In this document: positions 30,979 through 40,185 of the stretch, in pieces | How positions within the stretch are numbered: the stretch's first letter is position 1 | Layout: each line of letters begins with the position of its first letter | Source: Planctomycetota bacterium | Lineage (GTDB): Bacteria > Planctomycetota > UBA8108 > SXIK01 | Assembly: GCA_965223265.1 (NCBI GenBank) | Contig: OZ244999.1 | Coordinates: 4,672,001-4,736,000 of the forward strand | Direction of reading: 5' to 3' | Length of the DNA: 64,000 nucleotides | The notes under the pieces: model-generated | Databases searched by the model: none | Seen by the model: only the letters and a program-made list of their open reading frames with translations | What the model was told of the DNA's origin: nothing | Made by a program: the position numbers and the translations under genes

Positions 30979-31249
30979 GGTCACATTTCCTCCTGAGTGT
31001 GGATCGCTGCGAGCCACCGCGCGCTCGACCCAGGGCGCGCAGGCGAAAAGACATTCAGATCGATTGCCCCGAGGAGCCCATCGTAGCGAAGCTGCGAGGC
31101 TGAGAAAAACAAAACTCCCGCCTACAAAAAAAACGAAAAAACGCAGTGTAAAATGCGCTTAACGTCGACCGAAGACGATGGAAAGAATATTTCCTCAACC
31201 CAGTCGATTCGGCGCGGCGAGCGGTTCAAAAGGTCTCTGACGATTTGAA

Positions 31250-32368
31250 CTATGGCCCCAGGTGCGCCCACCGCGCCTCCATGTGCGTCGCCGTGCCGGC
31301 GTAGAAGAGAACAATGACGTCACCGTCAGGGAGCGCCTCGGCGTAGGGTAGGCCGAAGTTCCAAACGCCCATGTCGCTGAGCAGCTCGCCGGTGGTGCGG
31401 CGATCGGCGCCGGAGGCGCTGCCGTCGAACTCGTACAGCACCACCTCGGAGTCTTCGGTGAAGGCACCGGCGCCGTCCGCCGCGAGGCGTGCACGGATTG
31501 ACCGAGTGCCGAAACGATCCACCCACGCAAGCACGACGCGGCCGTCCGGCAGCACCGCCGGATGCGCCGCCTGGTCGGTGAAGCCTAAGTCTTCGGGAGT
31601 GCTCCACGTCGCTCCTTCGTCACGACTCAACATGCGGTGGATATTGATGTATTTCCCGGCGCTGCGATCGTAAGTCCACGAGTAGGTTGCTATACGGCCG
31701 TCCGGCAAGACGCCGGCTCGCTGGTCCCAATAGAAGATCCGAGCCTCCGGGTCCTGCGCCACTGTGTGTGGCGGCCCCCAAGACCGCCCCAGATCGTCCG
31801 AGTAGAAATAGACCACACGCTGAAACCACGTCGAAGCGTCCTCGTACTCCTTGTTCGTCTCGATGCTCAGTGCGAGCCTCCCGCTCGGCAGTTTGAGGAT
31901 CGGATTCGTGAGACTCGGCGGCCCGACATCAGGAGGCGTCGCGACAACCCGCCACGGTGTCCAGGTGGCGCCACCGTCACGCGAGTCGGCGAGGAGAATC
32001 TTCATCGGCAGGCAGCCCTCGGTCTCCGCATTGAAGAGCGGCTTTCCCGGATAGGCTTCGCGGTCAATCCACATCGCAGCGACGATGAGATGATCGTCGG
32101 CGAGCAGCGTCGCATAGGCGACGGAAAGCGTGCCGCGTCGTCCTTCGACATGGCTTTCAAACGGAGACGTCGGCTCACTCCAACTGTAGCCGCCATCCGA
32201 TGAGCGACGCAGTTCGATGCCCTGGTCGTCGCAGTCTTTCGTCGAGCCAACACGATAGAAAGCCAGGAGCTCGCCACTCGGCAGCACCGTGACGGCGGGA
32301 AACGTTGATACGGCGCGCGGTCCGCCGGGAGACCCGCTGTTGACGACACCGCGATCGATGATGCGCAT
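31250..32368 (-). CDS. BNR/Asp-box beta-propeller (sialidase-like) protein
   Basis: Asp boxes SSDGGYSW, SRDGGATW, SDDLGRSW, SRDEGATW. FGLPY..LPDG motif. Confidence 0.85.
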   Translation of the reverse strand: MRIIDRGVVNSGSPGGPRAVSTFPAVTVLPSGELLAFYRVGSTKDCDDQGIELRRSSDGGYSWSEPTSPFESHVEGRRGTLSVAYATLLADDHLIVAAMWIDREAYPGKPLFNAETEGCLPMKILLADSRDGGATWTPWRVVATPPDVGPPSLTNPILKLPSGRLALSIETNKEYEDASTWFQRVVYFYSDDLGRSWGPPHTVAQDPEARIFYWDQRAGVLPDGRIATYSWTYDRSAGKYINIHRMLSRDEGATWSTPEDLGFTDQAAHPAVLPDGRVVLAWVDRFGTRSIRARLAADGAGAFTEDSEVVLYEFDGSASGADRRTTGELLSDMGVWNFGLPYAEALPDGDVIVLFYAGTATHMEARWAHLGP

Positions 32369-32490
32369 GAAAACTCTCCAGCACTGCGGTTCAATGTCAG
32401 GTTCAAGCTGTCAGGATGGTAGACCCTCGCGCGAGTCAATCTGCCGACATCGGCCGACCCGATCAAGCCGCTGCTTCACCGATCAGCGCA

Positions 32491-33336
32491 TCAAAACGAG
32501 TTCGACAGCTCCCGAAGGTACCCCTGACTCGTCTCGAGCGCACTCCACACGTCGGCCGATGGTGCGATCTCGAAGAGTAGCGGTCCCGCATACCCGATGG
32601 CCCCCAAGGCCTCGAGCTGCTGCCGCCAATCCACGTCCCCGTGCGTGAGGTGAGGCAGGTGCGCTCCGGCGCGCACCTGCTTCAAATGCACCATGGCGAC
32701 GCGCGCAGAGTCGAGGGTCTCCGCAACGCGCCGTGGATCCGCCGGCACCGGCGTGCCCAGGAGGTTGCAAGGGTCAAAGCAGAGCTGGAGAACCTCGGCA
32801 TGACGTCCAAGAGCTCTTCGGGCCGCAACAAGGCAAGGCGCGAACAGACTCCAAGACTGCCGCCCATGTTCAAGCGAAAGAGTGCTGCTCGCGCTCGAGG
32901 CCAACGCCGCCAAACGCGCGATGTCGGCGCCGATCGCCGCGGCGCTGCGACACGCGAGATCGGCGTCAGTCGTCGTCAGGTCGACGAGGCGCAAATGTGG
33001 CCGTCCATGAGGCGCGAGTGCTGCGGCGGCGTCGAGCCCTCGCTTCACCTGATCGAAGAGCTGATCCCCAGGCGACGTTAGGAACGCAGCCGGCACTGCA
33101 GCGTTGAACTCGACAGCCGAAAACCGCTGCGCCAGCCTCGCGAGACCAGCGGCATCGCTGCGGCCGTCGCCGCCTTCGAGAGCGCCAAGGCTGCCCTGGC
33201 GGAGCTCGATGCAGCGGTAGCCACGATCAACCGCCGTGCTCACAAGCGCGTCGAGCGAGGCACCGGAGCGCAGCTGCTGCTGGAAACAGTTCGAGACGAT
33301 GCCGAGTCGTTGCGCCCTGTTCTCCATGGTCTCCAC
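32491..33336 (-). CDS. sugar phosphate isomerase/epimerase (xylose-isomerase-like TIM barrel)
   Basis: GY.CIELR, LSLEH, LCFDPCN, MVHLK, GDVDW...L..IGY.GPLLFE. Confidence 0.75.
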   Translation of the reverse strand: METMENRAQRLGIVSNCFQQQLRSGASLDALVSTAVDRGYRCIELRQGSLGALEGGDGRSDAAGLARLAQRFSAVEFNAAVPAAFLTSPGDQLFDQVKRGLDAAAALAPHGRPHLRLVDLTTTDADLACRSAAAIGADIARLAALASSASSTLSLEHGRQSWSLFAPCLVAARRALGRHAEVLQLCFDPCNLLGTPVPADPRRVAETLDSARVAMVHLKQVRAGAHLPHLTHGDVDWRQQLEALGAIGYAGPLLFEIAPSADVWSALETSQGYLRELSNSF

Positions 33337-33449
33337 GCGATGATATGTGTGCGCGATGAATTCGCGATGAAGATGAATACGTGTGAGGTGCTGCCACGGT
33401 CAACGCGGTGTTGCCTCGCGGTGCGCTCTTCTCCAGCTGACGGCCGGAC

Positions 33450-33665
33450 AAAAAAAAGCTCCCGCAACTCCGTTGGTGGGCGACTCCGTGAGGAGTCAGC
33501 TATGGTTAACCGGGCAGGGGGGAAACCACAGCGACCAACCGCTGAGAGTAGCGGGAGACATTCCTTACTTGCAGCCTGACATGCGGCCCAAGCTACTGAC
33601 AGCTTTGAGGCCTGCCGGAGCGACCGCGAACAACAGCTCGCTCTCGACCCGGCTGCGAGCACATT
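33450..33665 (-). ncRNA. candidate structured RNA / leader ending in a terminator-like stem plus U8
   Basis: Nested helices (ctcccgc/gcgggag, gttggt/accaac, gctgtggtt/aaccatagc, gactcc/ggagtc). G-U wobbles favour the minus strand. TATGAT -10-like box at 33670-75. Family not recognised. Confidence 0.35.
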
Positions 33666-34020
33666 TGCGATCATACCGTCAAGGCGAAGCGGCGACCAGA
33701 AAAAATGGCGGCGCCGATCAGTCTCTCTGGGCCGGCGGCGGACTCATGTCCTCCAAATGAAGGACAACCGTGAGTGAGCGGCGTGTAGCCCCCGCACGTT
33801 CCCCAAAGCGGAGTTGTGGATACAGCGATCGAGGAACAAGTTGACGCCCTGGCGTCCGAAAAGCGCTGCCGCGAAAACGATGGATCGTTAGGATGCCAAC
33901 GAATTGGCGCTGCGGGCAAGCCCCGCCGGAGAAGACTAGCAGCGCTCATCCCAGACAACGCCATGCGTGCTCGACTTCTTTCGCAAGTTGTTCGCGACGA
34001 TGACCACGAGGAGGATCAAG

Positions 34021-35370
34021 ATGACACGACACAAAAGCGGGACGAATCGGAAACCACACGGGACGGTTAATGTCGGAGTGCCTCTCGGAGCGACTCTCGG
34101 AGTGACTCTCGGAGTAGTTGTCGGAGCGGCTGTCGCCCTAGTCGCGACACTGATCACAGTTTCCGACGCTATCGGGCAGGCAGCACCGCAGAGCGGCTAT
34201 CTCTCTCGAGGCGGAGAACGCATCTTCCCGATCGGCAGCTATGAACTCCCAAGCCAAGACGCCGACCTCGCAGCCATGGGCAGACACGGTATCAACCTCG
34301 TACGCTGTGGCAATCGCACAGACCTCGATCGCGCTCAGGCCGCAGGTGTACTCGGCTGGGTCTCCCTTGGGATCACGTCGGGTCCGACAGCCGACCTGCG
34401 ACGGCAGATCGTCGCGCTCCGGGACCATCCGGCGCTCGCTGTTTGGGAAGGACCCGACGAGATCGTGTGGAACTTCACCGCCTACAGCGGCTTGGCGAAA
34501 ACAGCTGGCTTCACGCGCGAAGATTGGCGCAACCAGACGCCGAAGGCCGTCGCCTACGCTCGCGAGCGCGCAGCGGATCTCATGCCGAAAATGAACGCCG
34601 CAATCGCACTGGTGAGGGAGCTCGACCAGAGCGATCGTCCCTTTTGGATCAACGAAGCTGGTCGCAGCGACGTCAAGTACTGTCGCCAGTATATGGATTC
34701 CATCGACATCACCGGCTGCGACTACTACGCAGTGCGCCCAACGCACACCGATCTCGAGGCCATCGGTCGCATGACGAGACGCTGGTCGCTGGCCGGACGC
34801 GGCCGTCCGGTGTGGATGGTTCTGCAAGCGTTCTCGTGGCACAAGGCAAACCCGGCACGCTACTTTGAGCCGCGCCACCCAACGTTCGCCGAAACCCGGT
34901 TCATGGCCTACGACGCCATCGTCCACGGCGCGCGCGGCATCATGTATTGGGGCTCGTTCTTGATCGAAGTGCCGGCGTTTCGTCAGTCAATCTACGCCCT
35001 GACCGCCGAGCTCGCAGCACTCCAGCCGTTTCTGGTTCAGCCGGACGAGGACGGCGTCACCGTCACCTTGATCGAGGCGCCGCGCGACGACCGCGTCCAG
35101 CGCGGCGTTCGCGCCAGCGTACGTCGCCGCGGCGATGACTGGCTTGTGATTCTCGTCAACGAGGACAACTACCGCCACCTCGCCGTCGAAGTCACCGGGC
35201 TCGAAGCCCTGAGCGGCCGCGACCTCGTCCTCCTCTACGGCGACGAGAAGGAGAGGATCCAGCGCGGCGAGTTGCTGACGCGCATGCAGGCCTACGAGAC
35301 CAAGGTCTTTGCCACGTCACGCAATTTCGAAACGAAGCTCACTGAAGGACGTGACTTTTTGATGCGATAG
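34021..35370 (+). CDS. secreted/membrane-anchored glycoside-hydrolase-like TIM barrel protein
   Basis: N-terminal hydrophobic helix, HPALAVWEGPDE, DITGCDYY, PVWMVLQAF, ETRFMAY.AIVHGARGIMYW and a beta-sandwich tail. Start uncertain (33967-34021). Confidence 0.6.
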   Translation: MTRHKSGTNRKPHGTVNVGVPLGATLGVTLGVVVGAAVALVATLITVSDAIGQAAPQSGYLSRGGERIFPIGSYELPSQDADLAAMGRHGINLVRCGNRTDLDRAQAAGVLGWVSLGITSGPTADLRRQIVALRDHPALAVWEGPDEIVWNFTAYSGLAKTAGFTREDWRNQTPKAVAYARERAADLMPKMNAAIALVRELDQSDRPFWINEAGRSDVKYCRQYMDSIDITGCDYYAVRPTHTDLEAIGRMTRRWSLAGRGRPVWMVLQAFSWHKANPARYFEPRHPTFAETRFMAYDAIVHGARGIMYWGSFLIEVPAFRQSIYALTAELAALQPFLVQPDEDGVTVTLIEAPRDDRVQRGVRASVRRRGDDWLVILVNEDNYRHLAVEVTGLEALSGRDLVLLYGDEKERIQRGELLTRMQAYETKVFATSRNFETKLTEGRDFLMR

Positions 35371-35446
35371 TCACCTGGTACACAGCAGCGCTCCGATTTC
35401 GAGCGGAGCGGCAAACGACAAGCTGTCTTCGGTCCCTCGCTACGGA

Positions 35447-35481
35447 CCGATCGGTAGGGCCGATCGGTAGGGCCGATCGGT
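35447..35481. repeat. 13-bp tandem repeat containing the CCGATCGG palindrome
   Basis: CCGATCGGTAGGG x2 plus CCGATCGGT. Confidence 0.7.
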
Positions 35482-35539
35482 GTGCTGCCCTTGCCGGCGA
35501 CGAAGCCAGACAGCTTTGAGCCACACCGGGAGACGCTCT

Positions 35540-35578
35540 AAAAAAAACGGCGGGCCGACGTGTTCGTCGGCCCGCCGT
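35540..35578 (-). terminator. rho-independent terminator of the Cys-rich gene
   Basis: Perfect 14-bp stem ACGGCGGGCCGACG/CGTCGGCCCGCCGT with a 4-nt loop and an A8 run on the + strand (U-tract on -), about 35 bp past the stop. Confidence 0.85.
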
Positions 35579-35612
35579 GTGACCCGCCGCAGTACAGCAG
35601 ATCCTCTTCCTC

Positions 35613-37922
35613 TTACTCGAAACAGATGTGAAGGTCCGACGTCGGGTCGTGACCTTCCGTGAATGGCCCTGGGGACGGCGGCTCAGCGCCGTTCGAGAAG
35701 AGCCAAACCAGGGTGAAGATCGAGTCCGAGATGTCGACATCGCCATCGTCGTTGGCGTCGAGACGATCGCGACAGATCACCTCAAGCGCGTTCCCCTTGT
35801 TTTGGAAGAGCGCGAGCAGGGTGTTGATGCCATCGGCGAGGTCGATCACGCGGTCGCGATTCGAATCGCCGCGGATGAATGGCCGCGGCGGCGCGGCGCG
35901 AACCAGCTCGAGCCAATCTTCGATGCCGCCGAGCTCGACCGCACAGACTTGCTCAAAACTGAAACGAAACGCCTGGCAGGCAGGAGGAGTCATGCCCAGG
36001 TCACTGCAGATCGACATCAGCTCGAGCGAACGCTCGCTGCAGATCACCTCGGAGTTGGTCGCGGCCACTCCCCCGCCGCCGCCGTCGACACCGTCGCCAT
36101 CGTCGTCGCTACACAGCCTCTCGCAGCGTGCGAGGAACGCAGCCACAGCTTCGTCGCACGCCGCTTCGTCACCACCGCGCGCCGCACAGGCATCGCGCAG
36201 GCGGCTCGCCGCATCGCTACAGCGAACACGACAGTCCGGAGCCGAAGGCGGTTCGCGGTCGCAGCCGCTCGTGCAGCCTTCCAAGACGCGATTGGAGATC
36301 GCAGCGCACTCCTCATCCTCGAGTCCGGCGGCTTCGCAGCGCGAGAGAACCTCCCGGGCGACCTGCGCGCAGCGCTCGCCACAGTCGAGAGGCGGTTCTG
36401 CAGCGCAGCGCGACAGGCAGGCGTCGAGAACGCCGTCGGCACGGGCGCGGCAAGTCTCGTCGTCGCCGCCGGCAGCAATGCAGCCAGCGAAGACCTTGTC
36501 ACCGGCTGCCTCGCACCGTCCTTCACAGCTTGGCGGTTCTGCGTCGCCGCCGTCACAGCGCGACAGGCAGGCGTCACGGGCCTCAACAGCGCTGGCATCG
36601 CACTCGGCCTCGTCGCCACCGGCTGCGATGCAGGCAGCGCGGATCGAGCCGGCGACGCGATCGCAGCGCGTCTCGCACGACGGTGGCTCCGGCGGCGGTT
36701 CCGCACAGCCGCCGCGGCAGTGCGCGAGGAAGGTCGAAATCTCAGCGCTACACTCCTCCTCAGAAAGACCGCGCGCCTCGCAGCTGCGCGTCAGTCCGCG
36801 CACACCGTTTTCACATCGACTGACACAATCCGACGGGAAGATACCTTCACAGCGCCGCAGGCACTCGCCGCCGACGCGCGCCGCAAGAGCGTCGCACTCC
36901 TCGCCGTCGCCGCCGCGCTGCAGACACCGCTCGCGCACGCGTTCAGCAGCTGCCGCACAGCTGGCGCCACACTGCGGCGGAGCCGGCGGTCCGGCGCAGC
37001 GCGTCAGGCAACCCTCAAGAATCGCCTCCATGCGCGCACGACAACCTTCCTCGTCTCCCGTGGCGTCGATGCAGCGAGCGAGGAATGCACTGGCGATGCC
37101 GTCGCAGCGATCTTCGCAGGAAGGACGATCAGGTGGCTCGCCACCGTTGTCGCAGCCGTCCAGGCAAGCAGCCAGCTCGCCGTCGACCGTCGCCTGGCAC
37201 GTCTCTGCGTCACCGCCATCGGCAAGACAGGCGGCAAGACTTTCACGCGCATCAATGTGACATCGTGCCGGACACGATGGAACCGGCAAACCTTCGCAGC
37301 CGCGCAAACAACTCTCCAGCACGCTCTCACCGCGCGCCGCGCACGTCTCGGCATCGCCGCCTGCCGCCTCGCACGCCGCGACGACGGCGTCAGCTGCTTG
37401 GTCGCAGCGATCGCCACACGTCGGCCGCACGCCATCGCAGCGGGCGATGCAGCGCTCGAGGTGAGACGTTGCCAACAGTTCGCACGATTCAGCATCGCCT
37501 CCTGCGATCTCGCAAGCGGCGCGGATGCCGTCGGCACGTGCCTGGCAGCCTTCACCACACGAGGGGGCATCTGGAAGATCGCAGCGCTGCATGCAGAACG
37601 ATACGGCGGCCAGCACGAGCGCATCGCACTGCTCGCTCGTGGCGCCGAGAGAGTCGCACATCATCGCTACCTGCTCGCCGATGCCAGTGCAGCCGTCCTC
37701 GCAGCTGCCGGGAATCGTATCGGGTGGCGGCTCGTCGCTCGTGCAGCGCTCAAGCACGTCTGCGGCAACCTGATCGCACGTCGCCGCGTCACCGCCACGG
37801 GCCAGGCAAGACTCCCGGGCGGATTCGGCGATGCGCTCACAGTTGACAAAGATTTCCTGGGATTCGAGCTGCCCGGCGAAGAGACAGGCGAAAGCGATCA
37901 AGCAAAAACCTTTTCGTAACAT
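35613..37922 (-). CDS. secreted Cys-rich helical-hairpin repeat protein with C-terminal dockerin-like domain
   Basis: Signal peptide, 11 exact C-x3-C-x10-C-x9-C-x10-C-x3-C units, two 4-Cys units and a PFIRGDSNRD..IDLAD..C.D..DANDDG tail. Has its own terminator. Confidence 0.85.
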   Translation of the reverse strand: MLRKGFCLIAFACLFAGQLESQEIFVNCERIAESARESCLARGGDAATCDQVAADVLERCTSDEPPPDTIPGSCEDGCTGIGEQVAMMCDSLGATSEQCDALVLAAVSFCMQRCDLPDAPSCGEGCQARADGIRAACEIAGGDAESCELLATSHLERCIARCDGVRPTCGDRCDQAADAVVAACEAAGGDAETCAARGESVLESCLRGCEGLPVPSCPARCHIDARESLAACLADGGDAETCQATVDGELAACLDGCDNGGEPPDRPSCEDRCDGIASAFLARCIDATGDEEGCRARMEAILEGCLTRCAGPPAPPQCGASCAAAAERVRERCLQRGGDGEECDALAARVGGECLRRCEGIFPSDCVSRCENGVRGLTRSCEARGLSEEECSAEISTFLAHCRGGCAEPPPEPPSCETRCDRVAGSIRAACIAAGGDEAECDASAVEARDACLSRCDGGDAEPPSCEGRCEAAGDKVFAGCIAAGGDDETCRARADGVLDACLSRCAAEPPLDCGERCAQVAREVLSRCEAAGLEDEECAAISNRVLEGCTSGCDREPPSAPDCRVRCSDAASRLRDACAARGGDEAACDEAVAAFLARCERLCSDDDGDGVDGGGGGVAATNSEVICSERSLELMSICSDLGMTPPACQAFRFSFEQVCAVELGGIEDWLELVRAAPPRPFIRGDSNRDRVIDLADGINTLLALFQNKGNALEVICRDRLDANDDGDVDISDSIFTLVWLFSNGAEPPSPGPFTEGHDPTSDLHICFE

Positions 37923-38057
37923 TTCTCTGTCCTCGTTTCCCTCTACAAAGCTGAATCGACGACTCAACTCGACCGCGAATGACCCGCGTAGATGTCGAAG
38001 ATGGTAGACCATGCAATTGGACGACCAAATGCATAAGTCGCGCCCCCGCCCAGACCC

Positions 38058-38077
38058 GTGTAAAATCGAGTTTACAC
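38058..38077. promoter_or_regulatory. palindromic operator-like site GTGTAAA-N6-TTTACAC
   Basis: Perfect 7-bp inverted repeat in a divergent intergenic region. Contains the TyrR-box consensus TGTAAA-N6-TTTACA. Confidence 0.5.
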
Positions 38078-38244
38078 CGCCGACGACGCGCCGCGATGCG
38101 ATTTTTCACTCCGCCGGCACGTCCGCAGTCAACCCCGCCAGCAAGCTGCGAAGACAAGATTCCCACGAGCCGGCCGCAACGCGTAGAATACTCCAGATTT
38201 CGGTGTCCTGACGGGGCAGAAGCGAGACGCGACCCCGGTGCGAG

Positions 38245-39651
38245 ATGTTTGGGCCTCAAAACGACAAACTGAGCCGTCCACTGCGGCGACGCGAGTTCTT
38301 CCGTCTTGGCGGCGGCCTTACGATGGCCGGCGTGACGCTACCTCACCTGCGGAGGCGGGCGACGGCAGCGCAAAACGCGGCTGTCGGTCCAAGCGCCGGC
38401 CAAGCGAAGTCGTGCATTCTCGTCTACTTGCTGGGCGGCCCGCCGCATCTCGACACTTTCGACCTCAAGCCGGAAGCGCCGTCGGAGATTCGCGGCCCGT
38501 TTCGGCCGATCCCGACGACGGTGCCTGGTTTTCAGGTGTGCGAGCACTTACCGCGGTTGGCATCGATGGCGCACAAGTATTCGGTCATTCGATCCGTAAC
38601 GCATGCCAACAGCAATCACACGCCGATGATCTACTACACCCTGACCGGCCACCACGTCGCGCAGCCGGGACGGGATAACGACATCAGGCCGCCTCTACGG
38701 ACGGACTTTCCGCACCTCGGCTCGATCGTCGCACAGCAAAAACCTTCGCCCATCGACCCAGGCTACGTCGCCATTCCAGAGGTGGCGATTCGCAGCAGCA
38801 TCGAAGGTGAATACAAGCGCGCTCGCCTGCCTTTGCGCGGTGGTAACGGCGGCTTTCTCGGGCCGCGCTACGACCCGTTCACGATCAATGATGCGCCGGG
38901 TGAGAACCGTGCGGTTCCAAGCCTGACACTTCCTCCCGCCGTGCGTGAGGTTCGATTCGAGCGCCGTCGCGCGCTGCTCGACGTGCTCGATCGCGGCACA
39001 CCGGCAGCGGCGGCGATGCGAGAGTACGACACGTTCCGTGACATGGCCGTGACCCTCACGGGACAGGCGAACGATCGCCGCAGCAGTCTCTTCTCCGTCG
39101 ACACAGAACCTCCGCGCATCCGCGAGCGCTACGGGCGCCACCGATTTGGGACGACGCTACTTTTAGCGCGCCGCCTCGCAGAAGCGGGCGTGCCAATGGT
39201 GGCGGTCCACTTCAACGAGATGACGGTGTGCGACGGTTGGGATACGCACAGCAAGAACTTCGAGGCGCTGAAGAGCGAGTTGCTGCCGCTTCTCGACCAG
39301 GGACTGTCAGCGTTGATCGAAGACTTGGAACAGCGCGAGCTCCTGCCGGAGACGCTGGTAGCGTGTTTCGGCGAGTTCGGGCGGACGCCGAAGATCAACC
39401 GCAATGCCGGCCGCGACCACTGGGGCCCGTGCTCGTCGACGCTGCTGACGGGAGGAGGAATCCAGGGCGGGCGCGTCCTCGGCGCCTCCGATGCCACCGG
39501 CGCACTCCCGACGCGCGACCTTGTCGACCCGGTGGATGTGCACGCGACGCTCTACCATTGCCTCGGCCTCGAAGCCGAGCAGACGATCCACGACCACCGC
39601 GGACGGCCTTATCCGATCAGTAGCGGCCGGGTAATCGACGCACTGTTGTGA
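38245..39651 (+). CDS. DUF1501 domain protein
   Basis: RRREFF leader, AKSCILVYLLGGPPHLDTFDLKP.AP.EIRG.F.PI.T, LLARRL.EAGV, WDTH, GEFGRTPKIN..GRDHW. Confidence 0.92.
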   Translation: MFGPQNDKLSRPLRRREFFRLGGGLTMAGVTLPHLRRRATAAQNAAVGPSAGQAKSCILVYLLGGPPHLDTFDLKPEAPSEIRGPFRPIPTTVPGFQVCEHLPRLASMAHKYSVIRSVTHANSNHTPMIYYTLTGHHVAQPGRDNDIRPPLRTDFPHLGSIVAQQKPSPIDPGYVAIPEVAIRSSIEGEYKRARLPLRGGNGGFLGPRYDPFTINDAPGENRAVPSLTLPPAVREVRFERRRALLDVLDRGTPAAAAMREYDTFRDMAVTLTGQANDRRSSLFSVDTEPPRIRERYGRHRFGTTLLLARRLAEAGVPMVAVHFNEMTVCDGWDTHSKNFEALKSELLPLLDQGLSALIEDLEQRELLPETLVACFGEFGRTPKINRNAGRDHWGPCSSTLLTGGGIQGGRVLGASDATGALPTRDLVDPVDVHATLYHCLGLEAEQTIHDHRGRPYPISSGRVIDALL

Positions 39652-39904
39652 CCGGGAGTGCGTCTGCTGTGCAGTCTCGACGCGATCTCAAAGCGAGACG
39701 TCGCCTGAGAGTCGCTGTTCTCCGCCTGAAGCCCGTGCTCCTCGGCGGACAGAGCCGGCGACGTTGCGGCGCATGCACGGCGCGCAAAGCCGAGACGGTT
39801 CGAGCACGGAGCACTTGTCTGCTGGTTAAACCGGTTCGTCACGGCGGCCGACAGCGGATTGAACCGTTGGCAGGAGCGGCAGTTGCGCGCCTCGACGTGC
39901 CCGC

Positions 39905-39932
39905 TTGACAGTCAGTCGCCCTGAGGTAACAT
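39905..39932 (+). promoter_or_regulatory. sigma70-type promoter of tRNA-Pro
   Basis: TTGACA-16 bp-TAACAT, 33 bp upstream of the tRNA. Confidence 0.65.
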
Positions 39933-39965
39933 TGCCCCCTTACGAAACTGGCAGTGTGCGCCGAT

Positions 39966-40043
39966 CGGGGTGTAGCTCAGCTTGGCTAGAGCGCTACGTT
40001 CGGGACGTAGAGGTCGGAAGTTCAAATCTTCTCACCCCGACCA
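39966..40043 (+). tRNA. tRNA-Pro (anticodon CGG)
   Basis: Acceptor stem CGGGGTG/CACCCCG, D-arm AGCTCAG.TTGG.TAGAGC, anticodon arm CTACG-TTCGGGA-CGTAG, T-loop TTCAAAT, encoded CCA. Confidence 0.97.
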
Positions 40044-40048
40044 ATCTG

Positions 40049-40087
40049 AATCCTTTCGCAGACCTTGGTCGCGGAGGGATTTTTTTT
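40049..40087 (+). terminator. rho-independent terminator after tRNA-Pro
   Basis: AATCCTTTCGCAGACC-TT-GGTCGCGGAGGGATT hairpin followed by a T run. Confidence 0.7.
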
Positions 40088-40185
40088 GGACGGGATGGGG
40101 GAGTTTTAGGGTGGTGAACGCGACACGACGATCGAGCTCGCGCGCCCTCGAGGTGTTCAAGGTCGCTGGTTTCGCGCTGGACGAA

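Noticed and set aside
33459-33580. cobalamin or TPP riboswitch (CCCGCAACT and GCTGAGA words on + strand)
   Set aside because: The remaining conserved cores (GGGAA/GCCACTG; ACCTGAT..GGGA) are missing and the wobble pairs favour the opposite strand.
35628-37919. 763-aa and 533-aa + strand ORFs antisense to the Cys-rich gene
   Set aside because: Shadow frames of a GC-rich repetitive CDS. The signal peptide, repeats, tail and terminator all support the minus strand.
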